Notes: generated by a model from the letters alone, not told the origin. Counted from the first letter of the stretch, positions 28,130 to 38,575 are shown. The stretch is 64,000 bases of DNA from Roseibacillus sp. (GCA_051251855.1 JBPOGI010000001.1:1184001-1248000); one strand, 5' to 3'. Translations and numbers: made by a program.

Positions 28130-28966
28130 TTAGTAACTACGGTCCCAACGCTCGATACCGGCAAGGATCGCTCTTGCAGCGGCATCTTGAAAGGAAGAAG
28201 TATTACAACGACTTCGCTCGCGAGAATTACTAATAAAGCCGCATTCGACGAGAGCGGCTGGGCAATTCGTATTTCTCAAGACAGAGAAACGTCTATATTG
28301 CGAACCACGATTTTTCACCTTGCAGTAGCTCACCAGATTTCGCTGTAACGAAGACGAGAGATAACTACTCGACCTCGACCCTCCGTGAAAAGTCTCGGCT
28401 CCGTGGACATAAGTTTCGCGAGTCGCATTATAGTGAATACTCACGAAAACAGCATTTCGATACCGGTTGGCGATCGCGGCCCGACCAGTGAGAGAAACGT
28501 AACGGTCGCTTCGGCGGGTCATTACAACCCGGTAACCAGCCCGCTTAAGATAGTATTCCAACTTAAAGGCTGTTTTAAGATTAAGGTCTGATTCACGCAC
28601 CCCTCCCCAAACCGCTCCTTTGTCACGTCCTCCGTGGCCAGGGTCGATGATAACGGTTTTGCCCTTGGAGCCAAAAGACCGAGTCACTGTGGTTGCCTTG
28701 AGCGATACCCTCGAAGTCTTCTTCGAACTCGCAGCAGAGGAAGACTTACTCGGAATTGTAAGGCGCTTGCCGATGTAGAGCTTGCTGGCATCCTTGATTC
28801 CATTAGAGCTCATTAAACTTTGGACGCTCACCCCTTTCGCTCGGGATATTGAATAGAGGGTATCCCCTTTCTTCACGGTATGGGACGCTCCCTGAACCTC
28901 GGCCAAAACTGCCACCAGACAGATACCACAGAGAAGAAAAGAACGGATGACACGATAAACACTCAC
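28130..28966 (-). CDS. LysM plus N-acetylmuramoyl-L-alanine amidase (Amidase_3)
   Basis: HTVKKGDTLYSIS; IIDPGHGG.D.GA, FVSIHYNA, ALVECGFISN. Confidence 0.93.
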   Translation of the reverse strand: MSVYRVIRSFLLCGICLVAVLAEVQGASHTVKKGDTLYSISRAKGVSVQSLMSSNGIKDASKLYIGKRLTIPSKSSSAASSKKTSRVSLKATTVTRSFGSKGKTVIIDPGHGGRDKGAVWGGVRESDLNLKTAFKLEYYLKRAGYRVVMTRRSDRYVSLTGRAAIANRYRNAVFVSIHYNATRETYVHGAETFHGGSRSSSYLSSSLQRNLVSYCKVKNRGSQYRRFSVLRNTNCPAALVECGFISNSRERSRCNTSSFQDAAARAILAGIERWDRSY

Positions 28967-29205
28967 TGGATCAACGTTATGACAAACAAATTAAGTTTTG
29001 TAAATATCTTTGTCACATTTACCTTAAATTAAACCAAACCTCTTGCCGCGAGTGTTATTTTTAAAATAAAAAGAGTGAAACGTACCCGTTACAGCCTCTT
29101 TTTAATATTAAGGCCGATTCCCAGCTAAGAGAGAGCTCTAAATCTCATCAGTCTTTACCCACTCGAGGGAGAAGCTCGCAGTAGCTTACTACTTCGTTAA
29201 AACAC

Positions 29206-29244
29206 AAAAAACGACATCAACACCGTAAAGGCGCTAGATGTCGC
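29206..29244 (-). terminator. Intrinsic terminator of the cys operon
   Basis: Minus strand GCGACATC-T-AGCGCC-TTTAC-GGTGTT-GATGTCGT followed by TTTTTGT. Confidence 0.8.
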
Positions 29245-29311
29245 TTTGTTGAACCGCTCTCCCTATCGAATTTCAGAAACGCCTTCGCGAAACCTTCCTC
29301 TTTGGGAATGA

Positions 29312-30265
29312 TTAAATCTCGTGAGTGGGTAAATTGCTGACCTCTTCTTTAACCGCTTCGGCCAATGGGGTGCTGAGATAGCGTTCCGTTGAGGAACACC
29401 CAATCGTCACAATACGGCCGCCTGGGAACTTCTTAGCAACCTGCATCGCAGCCCAAACATTTGCTCCCGTGGAAATACCAGCAGGCAAGCCTTCTTCCTG
29501 AGCAAGACGCTGCGCAGTCGCAAAAGCATCTTCGTTGCTGACCTGCACCACCTCGTCGATGACTTCGGTATTCAAGTTTCCTGGAATGAAGCCAGCGCCA
29601 ATGCCCTGAATCTTATGCGGACCAGGTGCGCCGCCCGAGATGACCGGACTTGCCACCGGCTCAACCGCCACAATGTGCGTGTTTCCACGAGCCTTAAGAA
29701 CTTCACCAACCCCCGTGATCGTTCCACCCGTTCCGACACCTGCCACAAAGGCATCCACTTTCCCATCGGAGTCCTTCCAGATCTCTTCGGCAGTAGTCTC
29801 TCGGTGAACTTGTGGATTCGCAGGATTGTCAAATTGACTCGGTCCAAAAGAACCTTCTCCATACTCTTCCAGAAGCTGCTTCGCTTTCGCAATCGCTCCC
29901 CCCATCCCCTTTGGTCCGGGAGTGAGAACAATCTCTGCTCCCAAAAGTCGCAACAAGACCCGACGCTCCATCGACATCGTTTCTGGCATCGTAAGGATAC
30001 AGCGATAACCCTTGGAACGAGCAACGAAAGCGAGCGCGATTCCAGTGTTGCCAGAGGTTGGCTCGATAATCGTCCCGCCCGGCTGTAACTTTCCATCACG
30101 CTCGGCGGCCTCGATCATGGCCTTGCCGATCCGATCTTTCACGCTAAAGAGCGGATTGAAAAATTCCGCTTTCACGAAAATTTCCGCACCCACCTCCGCT
30201 GAGATTTTAGGGAGCTTAATCAAGGGCGTGTTGCCCACGGTATCAACCATACTATTTGCAATCAT
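29312..30265 (-). CDS. cysK: Cysteine synthase A
   Basis: SVKDRI (PLP lysine), EPTSGNTGIALA, GVGTGGT, HKIQGIGAGF. Confidence 0.96.
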   Translation of the reverse strand: MIANSMVDTVGNTPLIKLPKISAEVGAEIFVKAEFFNPLFSVKDRIGKAMIEAAERDGKLQPGGTIIEPTSGNTGIALAFVARSKGYRCILTMPETMSMERRVLLRLLGAEIVLTPGPKGMGGAIAKAKQLLEEYGEGSFGPSQFDNPANPQVHRETTAEEIWKDSDGKVDAFVAGVGTGGTITGVGEVLKARGNTHIVAVEPVASPVISGGAPGPHKIQGIGAGFIPGNLNTEVIDEVVQVSNEDAFATAQRLAQEEGLPAGISTGANVWAAMQVAKKFPGGRIVTIGCSSTERYLSTPLAEAVKEEVSNLPTHEI

Positions 30266-30313
30266 GTCTCTTAGTTCTTAGTCCAAATTAAAAATTTCTA
30301 AATCGAAAAGGCG

Positions 30314-31048
30314 CTAAATCTGAAAATCGTTCACACCTGAAGAAAGGTGTAAGCCGCACTCATACTTTTCGCCTTGGAAACGCGTCTCTTCAGCCGAGTC
30401 AGCATCAGAACGCTTCTTGGTCGAATGCCAATCCCCCATCGTCACGTATTCCCCAGCCAAGGGGTGGCGAGGTAATTCGGAGTCTCCGAGGTAGCGCTCC
30501 ACCTGCTCATCATCCCAATCAAGAATGGGATAGGCTTTGATTGTTTTGGATTGTTGCTCAGCGAAGGGGCGAGCAACTCGGGTTTTGGAATGACTGCGAC
30601 GTAAACCACTCAGCCACACCTTAGCTCCCGTTTCCTCGATTGCTCGATTCATGGGTTCGACCTTATTGAGTAAAGAATACTTCTCCATCTCCTGCTCGCC
30701 TTGTTCCCAAAGTTTACCATAGATGGCTTCCTGCCAAGCGGGACTCCACTGTGAACGATAGACTTTCACATTCAGCCCAAGTCGCTCAGTGAGGTCCACC
30801 GCATACTGGTAGGTTTCATCAAAGTGGTAACCAGTATCGATGAAAACAACCGGCACTTCGGGAGCAAAATCTCGCAGTAACTTTAACATCACAGCGGCCT
30901 GTAGCCCAAAGCTAGTACTCGCTACCACCTGTCCAGGATAGCGCCGTGACAATTCGGCAATGCGTTCCCCCGCAGATTGATCTGCTAGGAATGAAGAAAG
31001 TGAGTCCGCGTTTTCAGCGGCTTTCACAACTGATGCTGCGCTGCTCAT
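30314..31048 (-). CDS. cysH: PAPS reductase (no Fe-S motif)
   Basis: TSFG, FIDTGYHF.ETY, NKVEPM, ECGLH; lacks the CC and CxxC ligands of APS reductases. Confidence 0.93.
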   Translation of the reverse strand: MSSAASVVKAAENADSLSSFLADQSAGERIAELSRRYPGQVVASTSFGLQAAVMLKLLRDFAPEVPVVFIDTGYHFDETYQYAVDLTERLGLNVKVYRSQWSPAWQEAIYGKLWEQGEQEMEKYSLLNKVEPMNRAIEETGAKVWLSGLRRSHSKTRVARPFAEQQSKTIKAYPILDWDDEQVERYLGDSELPRHPLAGEYVTMGDWHSTKKRSDADSAEETRFQGEKYECGLHLSSGVNDFQI

Positions 31049-32748
31049 GCTTCAACAGGCTTATCCTTCACGTTGAATTGAGTGCAATCCGTAAGCTCTT
31101 TAACATGACCCTTACGAATCACGAAATCACCGAACTTCTCACCTTCATTACGGTCCTTGGCATACTCTTCAAAAAGAGGAGCCAAGGTCGCAGCCAACTC
31201 ATCACCAGGAACCATCTCCTTCCAAAGACGGTTGAGACGGTTACCCACAAAACCTCCGCCGAGAAAAACGTTATACTTGTTAGGAGCTTTACCCACCATC
31301 GCAATTTCAGCGAGATAAGGACGAGCACAGCCGTTCGGGCAACCCGTCATGCGCATGGTAATTGCGTCGTGACGAAGTCCAGTCGACTCCAAGGTCGTTT
31401 CCAACTCTTCAATTACAGAGGGAAGAAAACGCTGCGCTTCAGCCAAAGAAAGACCGCAAGTGGGCAGAGCTACACAAGCCAACGCATTTAATTTCACTCC
31501 GCTCAATCGCTTCCAGCTATCCAACTCATATTGCTCAAGGAGAGCCTCGATTTCAGGCTTCTTCGCCTCACTGATGTTGCTGACCATCACGTTCTGATTT
31601 CCCGTCAGACGGAAATCACCTTCGTGAATTTTTGCGATTTCAAGAAGGCCTTCACGCACCTTATCCATCACACGGCCGCTCTCAACATACAATCCGCAGT
31701 GCCAAGCACCGGTCTCATCTTGAACCCATCCATAGGCATCACCATTTGTGTCGAATTCGAAAGGTCGCGCTTCTTCCAGAGAGAATCCTTGATACTTCTC
31801 AAGCTCGCTGCGGAACCAGTCCACTCCACGATCATGGATGGTGTATTTCAAACGGGCCTTCTTGCGGTTACTGCGGTCACCATTGTCACGCTGAACCTTC
31901 ACCACATTCTCGGCAACATCGACCACCTTGTCAGGAGTCACGAAACCGATAACATCAGCGAGACGTGGGAATGTGGCCGCTTGACCGTGATGCATTCCCA
32001 TCCCGCCACCAGCAAGCACATTGTAACCCTTAAGTTCCCCCTCTTCGATGATAGCAACAAAGGAAAGGCAGTTGGCGTAAACGTCCACGTCGTTACTTGG
32101 TGGAATCGCGAAAGCGATTTTGAACTTACGAGGAAGATAGGTCTTTCCGTAAATAGGCTCCACCTCTGCTTCGCTGCTCTCCACTTTTTCACCATCGAGC
32201 CAAATCTCATGATAAGCACCGGTCTGCGGAGTGAGGTGGTCGCTCACTGCCTGCGCGTGCTTGAGAACCTCAGCGTGAGTCTTTGAAATTTTCGGGTTCG
32301 GATTGACCATCACGTTGCGATTCACATCACCACAGGCAGCAATCGTGTCCATCGCAGCATCGTTAACTTCCTTAATGGTCTGCTTGAGCTCGCCCTTAAT
32401 GATGCCGTGTACCTGAAATGCCTGACGGGTGGTCAGCTTGAGAATGCCGTTGCCACCAAACTGCTCGGTCAGGCGATCCATTTCAATCCACTGTTGAGGA
32501 GTAGATACTCCCCCAGGAACCCGTACCCGAATCATAAAGGAAAACGCCTTCTCCTTACCTTCCGCCTTCATCTGCTTCCGCAGGTCGCGGTCATCTTGTT
32601 GGTATGTGCCGTGGAATTTGAGCAACTGCTCGTCATTCTTGGCAACCGCTCCCGTGGAATCATCATTGAGACTCTCCACAATTGTCCCGCGAAGGTAATC
32701 ACTCTCGGTCTTGATTCCCTCGTTTTTTGCTAGTTTCACTTCGCTCAT
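31045..32748 (-). CDS. cysI: Assimilatory sulfite reductase hemoprotein
   Basis: KFHGTYQQDDRD, TTRQ, YLPRKFK, CVALPTCGL, MTGCPNGCARP. Confidence 0.95.
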   Translation of the reverse strand: MSEVKLAKNEGIKTESDYLRGTIVESLNDDSTGAVAKNDEQLLKFHGTYQQDDRDLRKQMKAEGKEKAFSFMIRVRVPGGVSTPQQWIEMDRLTEQFGGNGILKLTTRQAFQVHGIIKGELKQTIKEVNDAAMDTIAACGDVNRNVMVNPNPKISKTHAEVLKHAQAVSDHLTPQTGAYHEIWLDGEKVESSEAEVEPIYGKTYLPRKFKIAFAIPPSNDVDVYANCLSFVAIIEEGELKGYNVLAGGGMGMHHGQAATFPRLADVIGFVTPDKVVDVAENVVKVQRDNGDRSNRKKARLKYTIHDRGVDWFRSELEKYQGFSLEEARPFEFDTNGDAYGWVQDETGAWHCGLYVESGRVMDKVREGLLEIAKIHEGDFRLTGNQNVMVSNISEAKKPEIEALLEQYELDSWKRLSGVKLNALACVALPTCGLSLAEAQRFLPSVIEELETTLESTGLRHDAITMRMTGCPNGCARPYLAEIAMVGKAPNKYNVFLGGGFVGNRLNRLWKEMVPGDELAATLAPLFEEYAKDRNEGEKFGDFVIRKGHVKELTDCTQFNVKDKPVEA

Positions 32749-32964
32749 CGCTTAATCTTTAGTAATTTGATAAAGTAACTTATGATTCAAAGTTACCCTC
32801 CCCTTCTCACTTTTCAAGTGAAAAAATGTAAGGAACCTTAATCACGCCCTGCGCGCCTTATCAGACAATGGTTCAACGCGCCATGGTTGCTTTCGAATTT
32901 TACATTCAAAGAAGAGCAAGCTTCGTCCTTTTCAAGCCCGCTGCTTCTCCTCAATGTGGGATTG

Positions 32965-34440
32965 ATGTCCGAGGAAACGCCCGCAGCCTCTCCCCCTCCA
33001 CTCCCACCTTCGCCGATGGAGAAGCTCAACGATTTCTCGGATCGGTTCAGCCCCATGCTCGTGAAGGAGCTCCGCCAAGGACTGCGCACGCACACCTTTG
33101 TCATCCTTTTCCTCATCTTGCAGGGACTTCTCGCCCTTATCCTACTTACAACAGCTGCCGCCGACGCCAACGCCGGAGGAGTCGTTTCCTCGATCATTTT
33201 CTTTCTCTTCTCAATTGCGGTCCTCGTCGTGCAGCCCCTGCGAGGAATGTCAGCCATAGCCAGCGAGGTCAAATCCGACACCATTGACCTCATGTCGCTC
33301 ACCAAGCTTTCGGCCTGGCGCATCGTCTTTGGCAAGTGGTCCTCCATCATGGGCCAAACAGCGCTCCTTCTCTTCGCCATCATTCCCTACCTCATTCTGC
33401 GCTACTTCTTTGGAGGCATGCAGTTGTTCTCCGAGCTCCTCCTGCTCTTCACCATTTTTCTATTTGCGGGAGTCCTCACTGCGGTGACGGTAGGGCTTTC
33501 CGCTTCTACCTTGGCCCTCATACGAGCGATTCCGCTGCTCGCCAGCTTCGTTCTCATCTGGTTCATTGGTTACTACTCTTTCGGTGGCTTTGATGTTCTA
33601 TTAGACGTTTTCACCCCTCAAGGTGCCGCTCATTGGTTTGGGCTTTTGGCAGGTTACTTGATTGCGGTCTTTGTGGGATATTTCTTCATGGAACTGGCGG
33701 CGACTGCGATTGCGCCTTCCGCAGAAAACCGAGCGACTCGTAAGCGCATGGCAGCTCTCGTGATCATCCCTGTTGTCTTTCTCGCCTTTCTTGCTGTCGA
33801 TGAGCAAGGCGGCTGGGTTGTTGTCTTTTTCCTTTTGGCATTGGTTTCACTCGATTTCTTCACCGAAAGTAATGACTACCCTTCCGTCGTCGTTCGCCCC
33901 TTCCTCAGGTTTGGTCCATTGGGTCGGCTTGCGGCTCGCTTGCTTGCCCCAGGCTGGGCCACCGGAATCCTGTTTCATCTTTTCATCGTAGCGATTGTGG
34001 CAGGTTTGAGCCTTCTCTTCGGCGACGAACTTCGCAATGGCTCCATCAACCCTTCTGTTTCGAGCGTTCTCGGCATCGTTCTGGGCATGCTTTACCTCCC
34101 ACTCCTTCTTCTTCAACTCTTTCAAAAACGAATCACCAATCGGCTCGTCAGCTATCTCCTCTTCTCGATTCTTCTCCTCGGCTTGATTCCGCTCCTTCTC
34201 ATGCTTGATGGCATTGGAGACACCGAAATGGTGGTTTGGGGATTTTGCTTCATACCCCATGTTCAGCTCTTTTTAGAAGACTACACCTCGAAAGAAACCT
34301 TTTCCCTCGTTGTCTGGAGTAGCACCGCCGTCTACATCGGCCTCTGTTTAGTCTTCACCTTCCGCCCCCTCCGAAATCTCTCTCTGTTAGAAAGTGAAGA
34401 ACTCCAGCGCCTCGCCTCCGAAACCGACTCGAAACAATGA
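32965..34440 (+). CDS. ABC-2-type permease-like membrane protein
   Basis: SPMLVKELRQGLR, AIASE...TIDLM.LT.LSAW.IVFGKW; many TMs. Start placed at MSEET. Confidence 0.75.
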   Translation: MSEETPAASPPPLPPSPMEKLNDFSDRFSPMLVKELRQGLRTHTFVILFLILQGLLALILLTTAAADANAGGVVSSIIFFLFSIAVLVVQPLRGMSAIASEVKSDTIDLMSLTKLSAWRIVFGKWSSIMGQTALLLFAIIPYLILRYFFGGMQLFSELLLLFTIFLFAGVLTAVTVGLSASTLALIRAIPLLASFVLIWFIGYYSFGGFDVLLDVFTPQGAAHWFGLLAGYLIAVFVGYFFMELAATAIAPSAENRATRKRMAALVIIPVVFLAFLAVDEQGGWVVVFFLLALVSLDFFTESNDYPSVVVRPFLRFGPLGRLAARLLAPGWATGILFHLFIVAIVAGLSLLFGDELRNGSINPSVSSVLGIVLGMLYLPLLLLQLFQKRITNRLVSYLLFSILLLGLIPLLLMLDGIGDTEMVVWGFCFIPHVQLFLEDYTSKETFSLVVWSSTAVYIGLCLVFTFRPLRNLSLLESEELQRLASETDSKQ

Positions 34441-35318
34441 CTCCCGAAGCTCTCAAGGACGCCTACTCTCGCAGCTCTGCTTGCGCTAACCGTCTTCGCT
34501 TACCCTTGCGAAGTAAGGTTTGGCGCGGCGGTTCGGGTGAATTCGCAGGTGCTGGCACCGGGTCTTCGATGGACTTCCAAGACCATCGCAACTACGTCCC
34601 CGGAGATGACCCTCGTCATATCAACTGGCAAGCCTACGCCCGCACCGGTCAGTATACGATGAAGCTTTATCGTGAAGAGGTCCGCCCTGTTATCGACCTC
34701 ATTTGCGACGTCTCGCCCTCCATGTTCTTGGATAGAACGAAATCAGCCCGCACTGCTGAGCTCCTCTCCTTTTTCACCCAGTCCTCCCTCCGAGCAGGTG
34801 CTTCGCTCACCATTCATCTCGTCTCGGGTTCTGCTCACCAATTAGTTCCCAACGAAGCTATCCCAAGCCGCCAATGGTTTGATATCGCGCAAAAACTTCA
34901 AAATGACGACCCTGCTGGAACCCTCAATCTTTCCTCAGTCCCACTCAGACAAAGCTCCTTCCGCGTTTTGCTCTCCGACCTTCTCTTTCCTGGTGACCCA
35001 GCTGCCATCCTTCACATCCTCGGAGCTCGCCACGGGACTCCACTCATCTTCGCGCCATTTCTTGAAAGCGAAGCCAACCCCGACTGGCAAGGGAACTACG
35101 AATTTGTCGATGCCGAACGGTCTACCCGCCACCCACATCGTATCGAACCTCGCGTGCTCAAGAACTACCTGAAGGCCTACCAACGACACTTCGCCCTCTG
35201 GAAAAACACCTCCCAGCGCTTGCAAGCACTGATGTCCCGCGTCCCCGCCGATCAAGACTTAGAAAAAGCGCTCTATAGCGAAGCCGTTCCCATCCAAGCT
35301 CTAGAAATCCTCGGATAA
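34437..35318 (+). CDS. DUF58 protein (MoxR-associated family)
   Basis: GSSMDFQDHRNYVPGDDPRHINWQAYART; DVSPSM; LLSD. Confidence 0.92.
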   Translation: MTPEALKDAYSRSSACANRLRLPLRSKVWRGGSGEFAGAGTGSSMDFQDHRNYVPGDDPRHINWQAYARTGQYTMKLYREEVRPVIDLICDVSPSMFLDRTKSARTAELLSFFTQSSLRAGASLTIHLVSGSAHQLVPNEAIPSRQWFDIAQKLQNDDPAGTLNLSSVPLRQSSFRVLLSDLLFPGDPAAILHILGARHGTPLIFAPFLESEANPDWQGNYEFVDAERSTRHPHRIEPRVLKNYLKAYQRHFALWKNTSQRLQALMSRVPADQDLEKALYSEAVPIQALEILG

Positions 35319-35323
35319 AGAAG

Positions 35324-36868
35324 CTACTTCTTCACAATCGACTCGCCCGTCATTTCCTTTGGCTTCGAAAGCCCCATCATCTCCAAAAGAGTGGGAGCCA
35401 CATCCGCCAAGATTCCATCTCCGACCGAACAATCCTTCGCATCGTCAGCGACGTAAATGGCATTCACTAGATTCGTAGTATGTGCCGTATTCGGTGAGCC
35501 GTCTGCATTCCGCATAAACTCGCAGTTACCATGGTCCGCGGTAATCAAAAGCTTGCCGCCTAATCTCAAAGTCTCTTCCACCACTTGCTTCACCGCATCA
35601 TCAATGGTCTCAACCGCCTTTATCGCCGCTTCCACGATACCCGTGTGACCAACCATGTCTGGATTGGCAAAGTTCAGTATTACGAGGTCATAGTTCTTCA
35701 ACTTATCGACCACTGTTGCTACCACTTCTTCCGCACTCATCTCCGGCTTTTCGTCGTAAGTCGCAACCTCTTTAGGTGAAGGAATGATGAAACGTTCTTC
35801 GCCCTCAAACTCCTTCTCGACCCCACCGTTGAAGAAGTAGGTCACGTGAGGATACTTCTCCGTCTCAGCGATGCGCATCTGGTTTTTCCCAGCTGCCGCC
35901 ACCACTTCTCCCAACACATTTTCGAGGGTCTGAGGAGGAAACGCTACCGGCACTCCATACGTTTCATCATACTCGGTAAGAGTAACGAAGTGCACGTCAG
36001 GCGCCCCTCCGTTGTCAAAACCATCGAAGCCATCCTTTACGAACGCCTCTGAAATTTGACGCGCCCGGTCGGCACGGAAGTTGAAGAAAACAACCACGTC
36101 CCCGTCATTAATCCGACGCTCATTCGCAGCCTCAAAAATCATCGGCATCAGAAACTCATCCGTCTTCTCGAGCTCGTATTGTTCGGCTACCGCTTCACTC
36201 GCCAGCACGCTCTTCTGCTCTCCTTTTCCTTCCACGATGGCATCCCACGCAAGCTGAGTTCGCTCCCAACGTTTGTCTCGGTCCATCGCATAGTAACGTC
36301 CCACAACGGTAACAATGCGCGCTCCACTTTCGGCAAGCTTCTCTTCAACCTCGCTGAGATATCCCTGTCCGCCCGTGGGTGAAGTGTCCCGTCCATCGGT
36401 AATAGCGTGAACAAAAATATCATCGACCCCCGCTTCCTTCGCCTCCTTGGCCAGAGCCACGAGATGGTTCTGGTGACTGTGCACCCCACCATCGGAAAGC
36501 AGACCCAAAAAGTGAAGCTTCTTACCTTTCCCCTTCGCTTTCGCAAAAGCCTCTTTCAAAATCTCATTCTGACCCAACTCACCGTCTGCGATACACTTGT
36601 TAATCCGTGTCAGGTCCTGATAAACGATCCGCCCTGCACCCAAGTTCAAGTGACCGACCTCTGAATTTCCCATTTGTCCTTCAGGCAAGCCCACATCGAG
36701 CCCCGATGCCGAAAGATTGCCGCGAGGATAGTCTTTCAAGAGCACATTGTCGTGAAAGGGAGTATTTGCCAACTCGACCGCGTTACCATCTTGCTCTGCC
36801 GTCGCGGCTCCACCGGGATTGAAACCCCACCCATCACGAATAATCAACACAACTGGTTTCTTGCTCAT
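35324..36868 (-). CDS. gpmI: 2,3-bisphosphoglycerate-independent phosphoglycerate mutase
   Basis: MGNSEVGH, SDGGVHSH, GRYYAMDRD, AETEKYPHVT, NPDMVGHTG, TADHGN. Confidence 0.97.
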   Translation of the reverse strand: MSKKPVVLIIRDGWGFNPGGAATAEQDGNAVELANTPFHDNVLLKDYPRGNLSASGLDVGLPEGQMGNSEVGHLNLGAGRIVYQDLTRINKCIADGELGQNEILKEAFAKAKGKGKKLHFLGLLSDGGVHSHQNHLVALAKEAKEAGVDDIFVHAITDGRDTSPTGGQGYLSEVEEKLAESGARIVTVVGRYYAMDRDKRWERTQLAWDAIVEGKGEQKSVLASEAVAEQYELEKTDEFLMPMIFEAANERRINDGDVVVFFNFRADRARQISEAFVKDGFDGFDNGGAPDVHFVTLTEYDETYGVPVAFPPQTLENVLGEVVAAAGKNQMRIAETEKYPHVTYFFNGGVEKEFEGEERFIIPSPKEVATYDEKPEMSAEEVVATVVDKLKNYDLVILNFANPDMVGHTGIVEAAIKAVETIDDAVKQVVEETLRLGGKLLITADHGNCEFMRNADGSPNTAHTTNLVNAIYVADDAKDCSVGDGILADVAPTLLEMMGLSKPKEMTGESIVKK

Positions 36869-36987
36869 GGGACCCATCTACCGAAGTCCTGCCCCTCCAT
36901 CAAGCCTAGCCGAGAATCTTTTCATAAAGGGTGGCAGCCTCACAGTCTGCGCTTTTCACCGCGCTCGCAGAGTTCTATCCTCCGACC

Positions 36988-37791
36988 GTGTTCCTGCGCA
37001 TCGAAGACCTACATGTTCATTTCCCCGGCCGTCGTGGTTTTCTGGGAAAAAGCGAAAGCGAACCCGTGAAAGCTGTTGATGGTGTTTCGCTCTCCATCGC
37101 AAGTGGAGAAATCTTAGGTCTGGTGGGCGAATCTGGATGTGGCAAGTCCACCCTTTCTCGCACCGTAATGCAGCTCCTCCCACCCACATCCGGTAAAATT
37201 ATTCTCGAGGACCGCACTCTCAACCTTCTCCCGAAAGCTGAAATCCGTCAGCATCGGCTGGATTTCCAGATGATCTTTCAGGATCCCTACGCTTCACTCA
37301 ACCCTCGCATGACAGTATTCTCCATGCTGGCTGAGGCCATTTCAAGACGCCATCCCACCCTTTCTAAGGACAAAACCGAGATGACCAAACGAGTTGTCAA
37401 ACTCATGGAAACGGTCGGACTCGACCCCCGCCACATGCGTAAATATCCCCACGAATTTTCCGGAGGACAACGCCAACGGGTTGCTATTGCACGTGCCTTA
37501 GCCCCAGAGCCAAAGCTAGTTATCGCTGACGAACCCGTCTCCGCCCTTGATGTTTCCATTCAATCTCAAATCCTCAACCTTCTCCTCAAGCTTCGTGACG
37601 AATTGGATCTCACCATGATCTTTATTTCCCACGACCTCTCTGTCGTCCGCTACATCTCCGACAACATCGCAGTGATGTATGCAGGCAAGATCGTCGAATA
37701 CGGCACCGCCGAAAAAGTCTTTAACGAAGCGGAGCATCCCTATACGCAAAAACTCCTCAGCGCGGTTCCTCGCATCCAAGCTGCTTCATAA
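36988..37791 (+). CDS. Oligopeptide/dipeptide ABC transporter ATP-binding protein (OppF/DppF type)
   Basis: GESGCGKST, FQDPYASLNPR, FSGGQRQR, ADEPVSALD; probable GTG start. Confidence 0.92.
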   Translation: MFLRIEDLHVHFPGRRGFLGKSESEPVKAVDGVSLSIASGEILGLVGESGCGKSTLSRTVMQLLPPTSGKIILEDRTLNLLPKAEIRQHRLDFQMIFQDPYASLNPRMTVFSMLAEAISRRHPTLSKDKTEMTKRVVKLMETVGLDPRHMRKYPHEFSGGQRQRVAIARALAPEPKLVIADEPVSALDVSIQSQILNLLLKLRDELDLTMIFISHDLSVVRYISDNIAVMYAGKIVEYGTAEKVFNEAEHPYTQKLLSAVPRIQAAS

Positions 37792-37800
37792 TTCTCGAAA

Positions 37801-38151
37801 ATGGACCCTGTTCTTTACAAAATCATCCACCTTGCCGGCGTTGTTATTCTCTTTGGGGCCCTTGGTGCTGGCGTCTACACCGCTTCTAGCAAAGACAACA
37901 AGCTTGCCGGTATTCTCCATGGTATTAGCCTCGTTCTCATTCTCGTCTCGGGCTTCGGTCTTGTAGCCAAGATTTGGGACAATCAATTCACTTGGTGGGT
38001 CATTGCCAAACTGGTCATTTGGCTTCTTTTGGGCGGCTCCTACGCACTAGCAAAAAAACGCCTTCTTCCTGAGAATACCGCCTTTGCCTTCATTCTAGGT
38101 CTTGGTGTCATCGCAGCCGTTCTAGGCAACATTCCCTACCTCGCCTCCTAG
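37801..38151 (+). CDS. Small 4-TM membrane protein (SirB2-like)
   Basis: YKIIHL.G, ILHGISL.LILVSGFG, WVIAKL pattern. Confidence 0.7.
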   Translation: MDPVLYKIIHLAGVVILFGALGAGVYTASSKDNKLAGILHGISLVLILVSGFGLVAKIWDNQFTWWVIAKLVIWLLLGGSYALAKKRLLPENTAFAFILGLGVIAAVLGNIPYLAS

Positions 38152-38275
38152 ATGATTTCCACTCTGCTGGGCGGACCATCGTAAGCGTTTATTTTGCAGA
38201 ACAGGTTTGTTTACACCGCGAGCGGAGCTGGCCTCTTTCATTGCTGCCATCATTTTCGCGTCTCTTCGGGGAATC

Positions 38276-38575
38276 CTAATCTAGTTCTGAGCTAGGCATC
38301 TCGCACAATTCAGCGGATCCTCGGCCTAAGATGAAGGGGTGTTGCTCCACCAGATCCAAGAACTTCTGCTTATCAACAGAATCGAAACGCATGAAACCCA
38401 CGATATGTTTTGTCGTTTTCAACGACTCGGAGTTCCCTCCGATAGTTCGCTCTCCAATCTCACTGCCCCCACAAAAGACTCCACTCTTTAGTGCCGCAGT
38501 GAAAAATCCGTCCCACTCGGCTTCTGTGGGCTAGCTTTGTGCGCTCCCCTGTATGAGTAAGATGTAATGACTCAT
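38276..38575 (-). pseudogene. Small YciI-like protein gene interrupted by an in-frame TAG at codon 15
   Basis: Hand translation: MSHYILLIQGSAQS*PTEAEWDGFFTAALKSGVFCGGSEIGERTIGGNSESLKTTKHIVGFMRFDSVDKQKFLDLVEQHPFILGRGSAELCEMPSSELD*; TAG at 38533-38531. Confidence 0.7.

Noticed and set aside
38331..38534. 67-aa plus-strand ORF in the track
   Set aside because: Antisense shadow of the amber-interrupted gene at 38276-38575.
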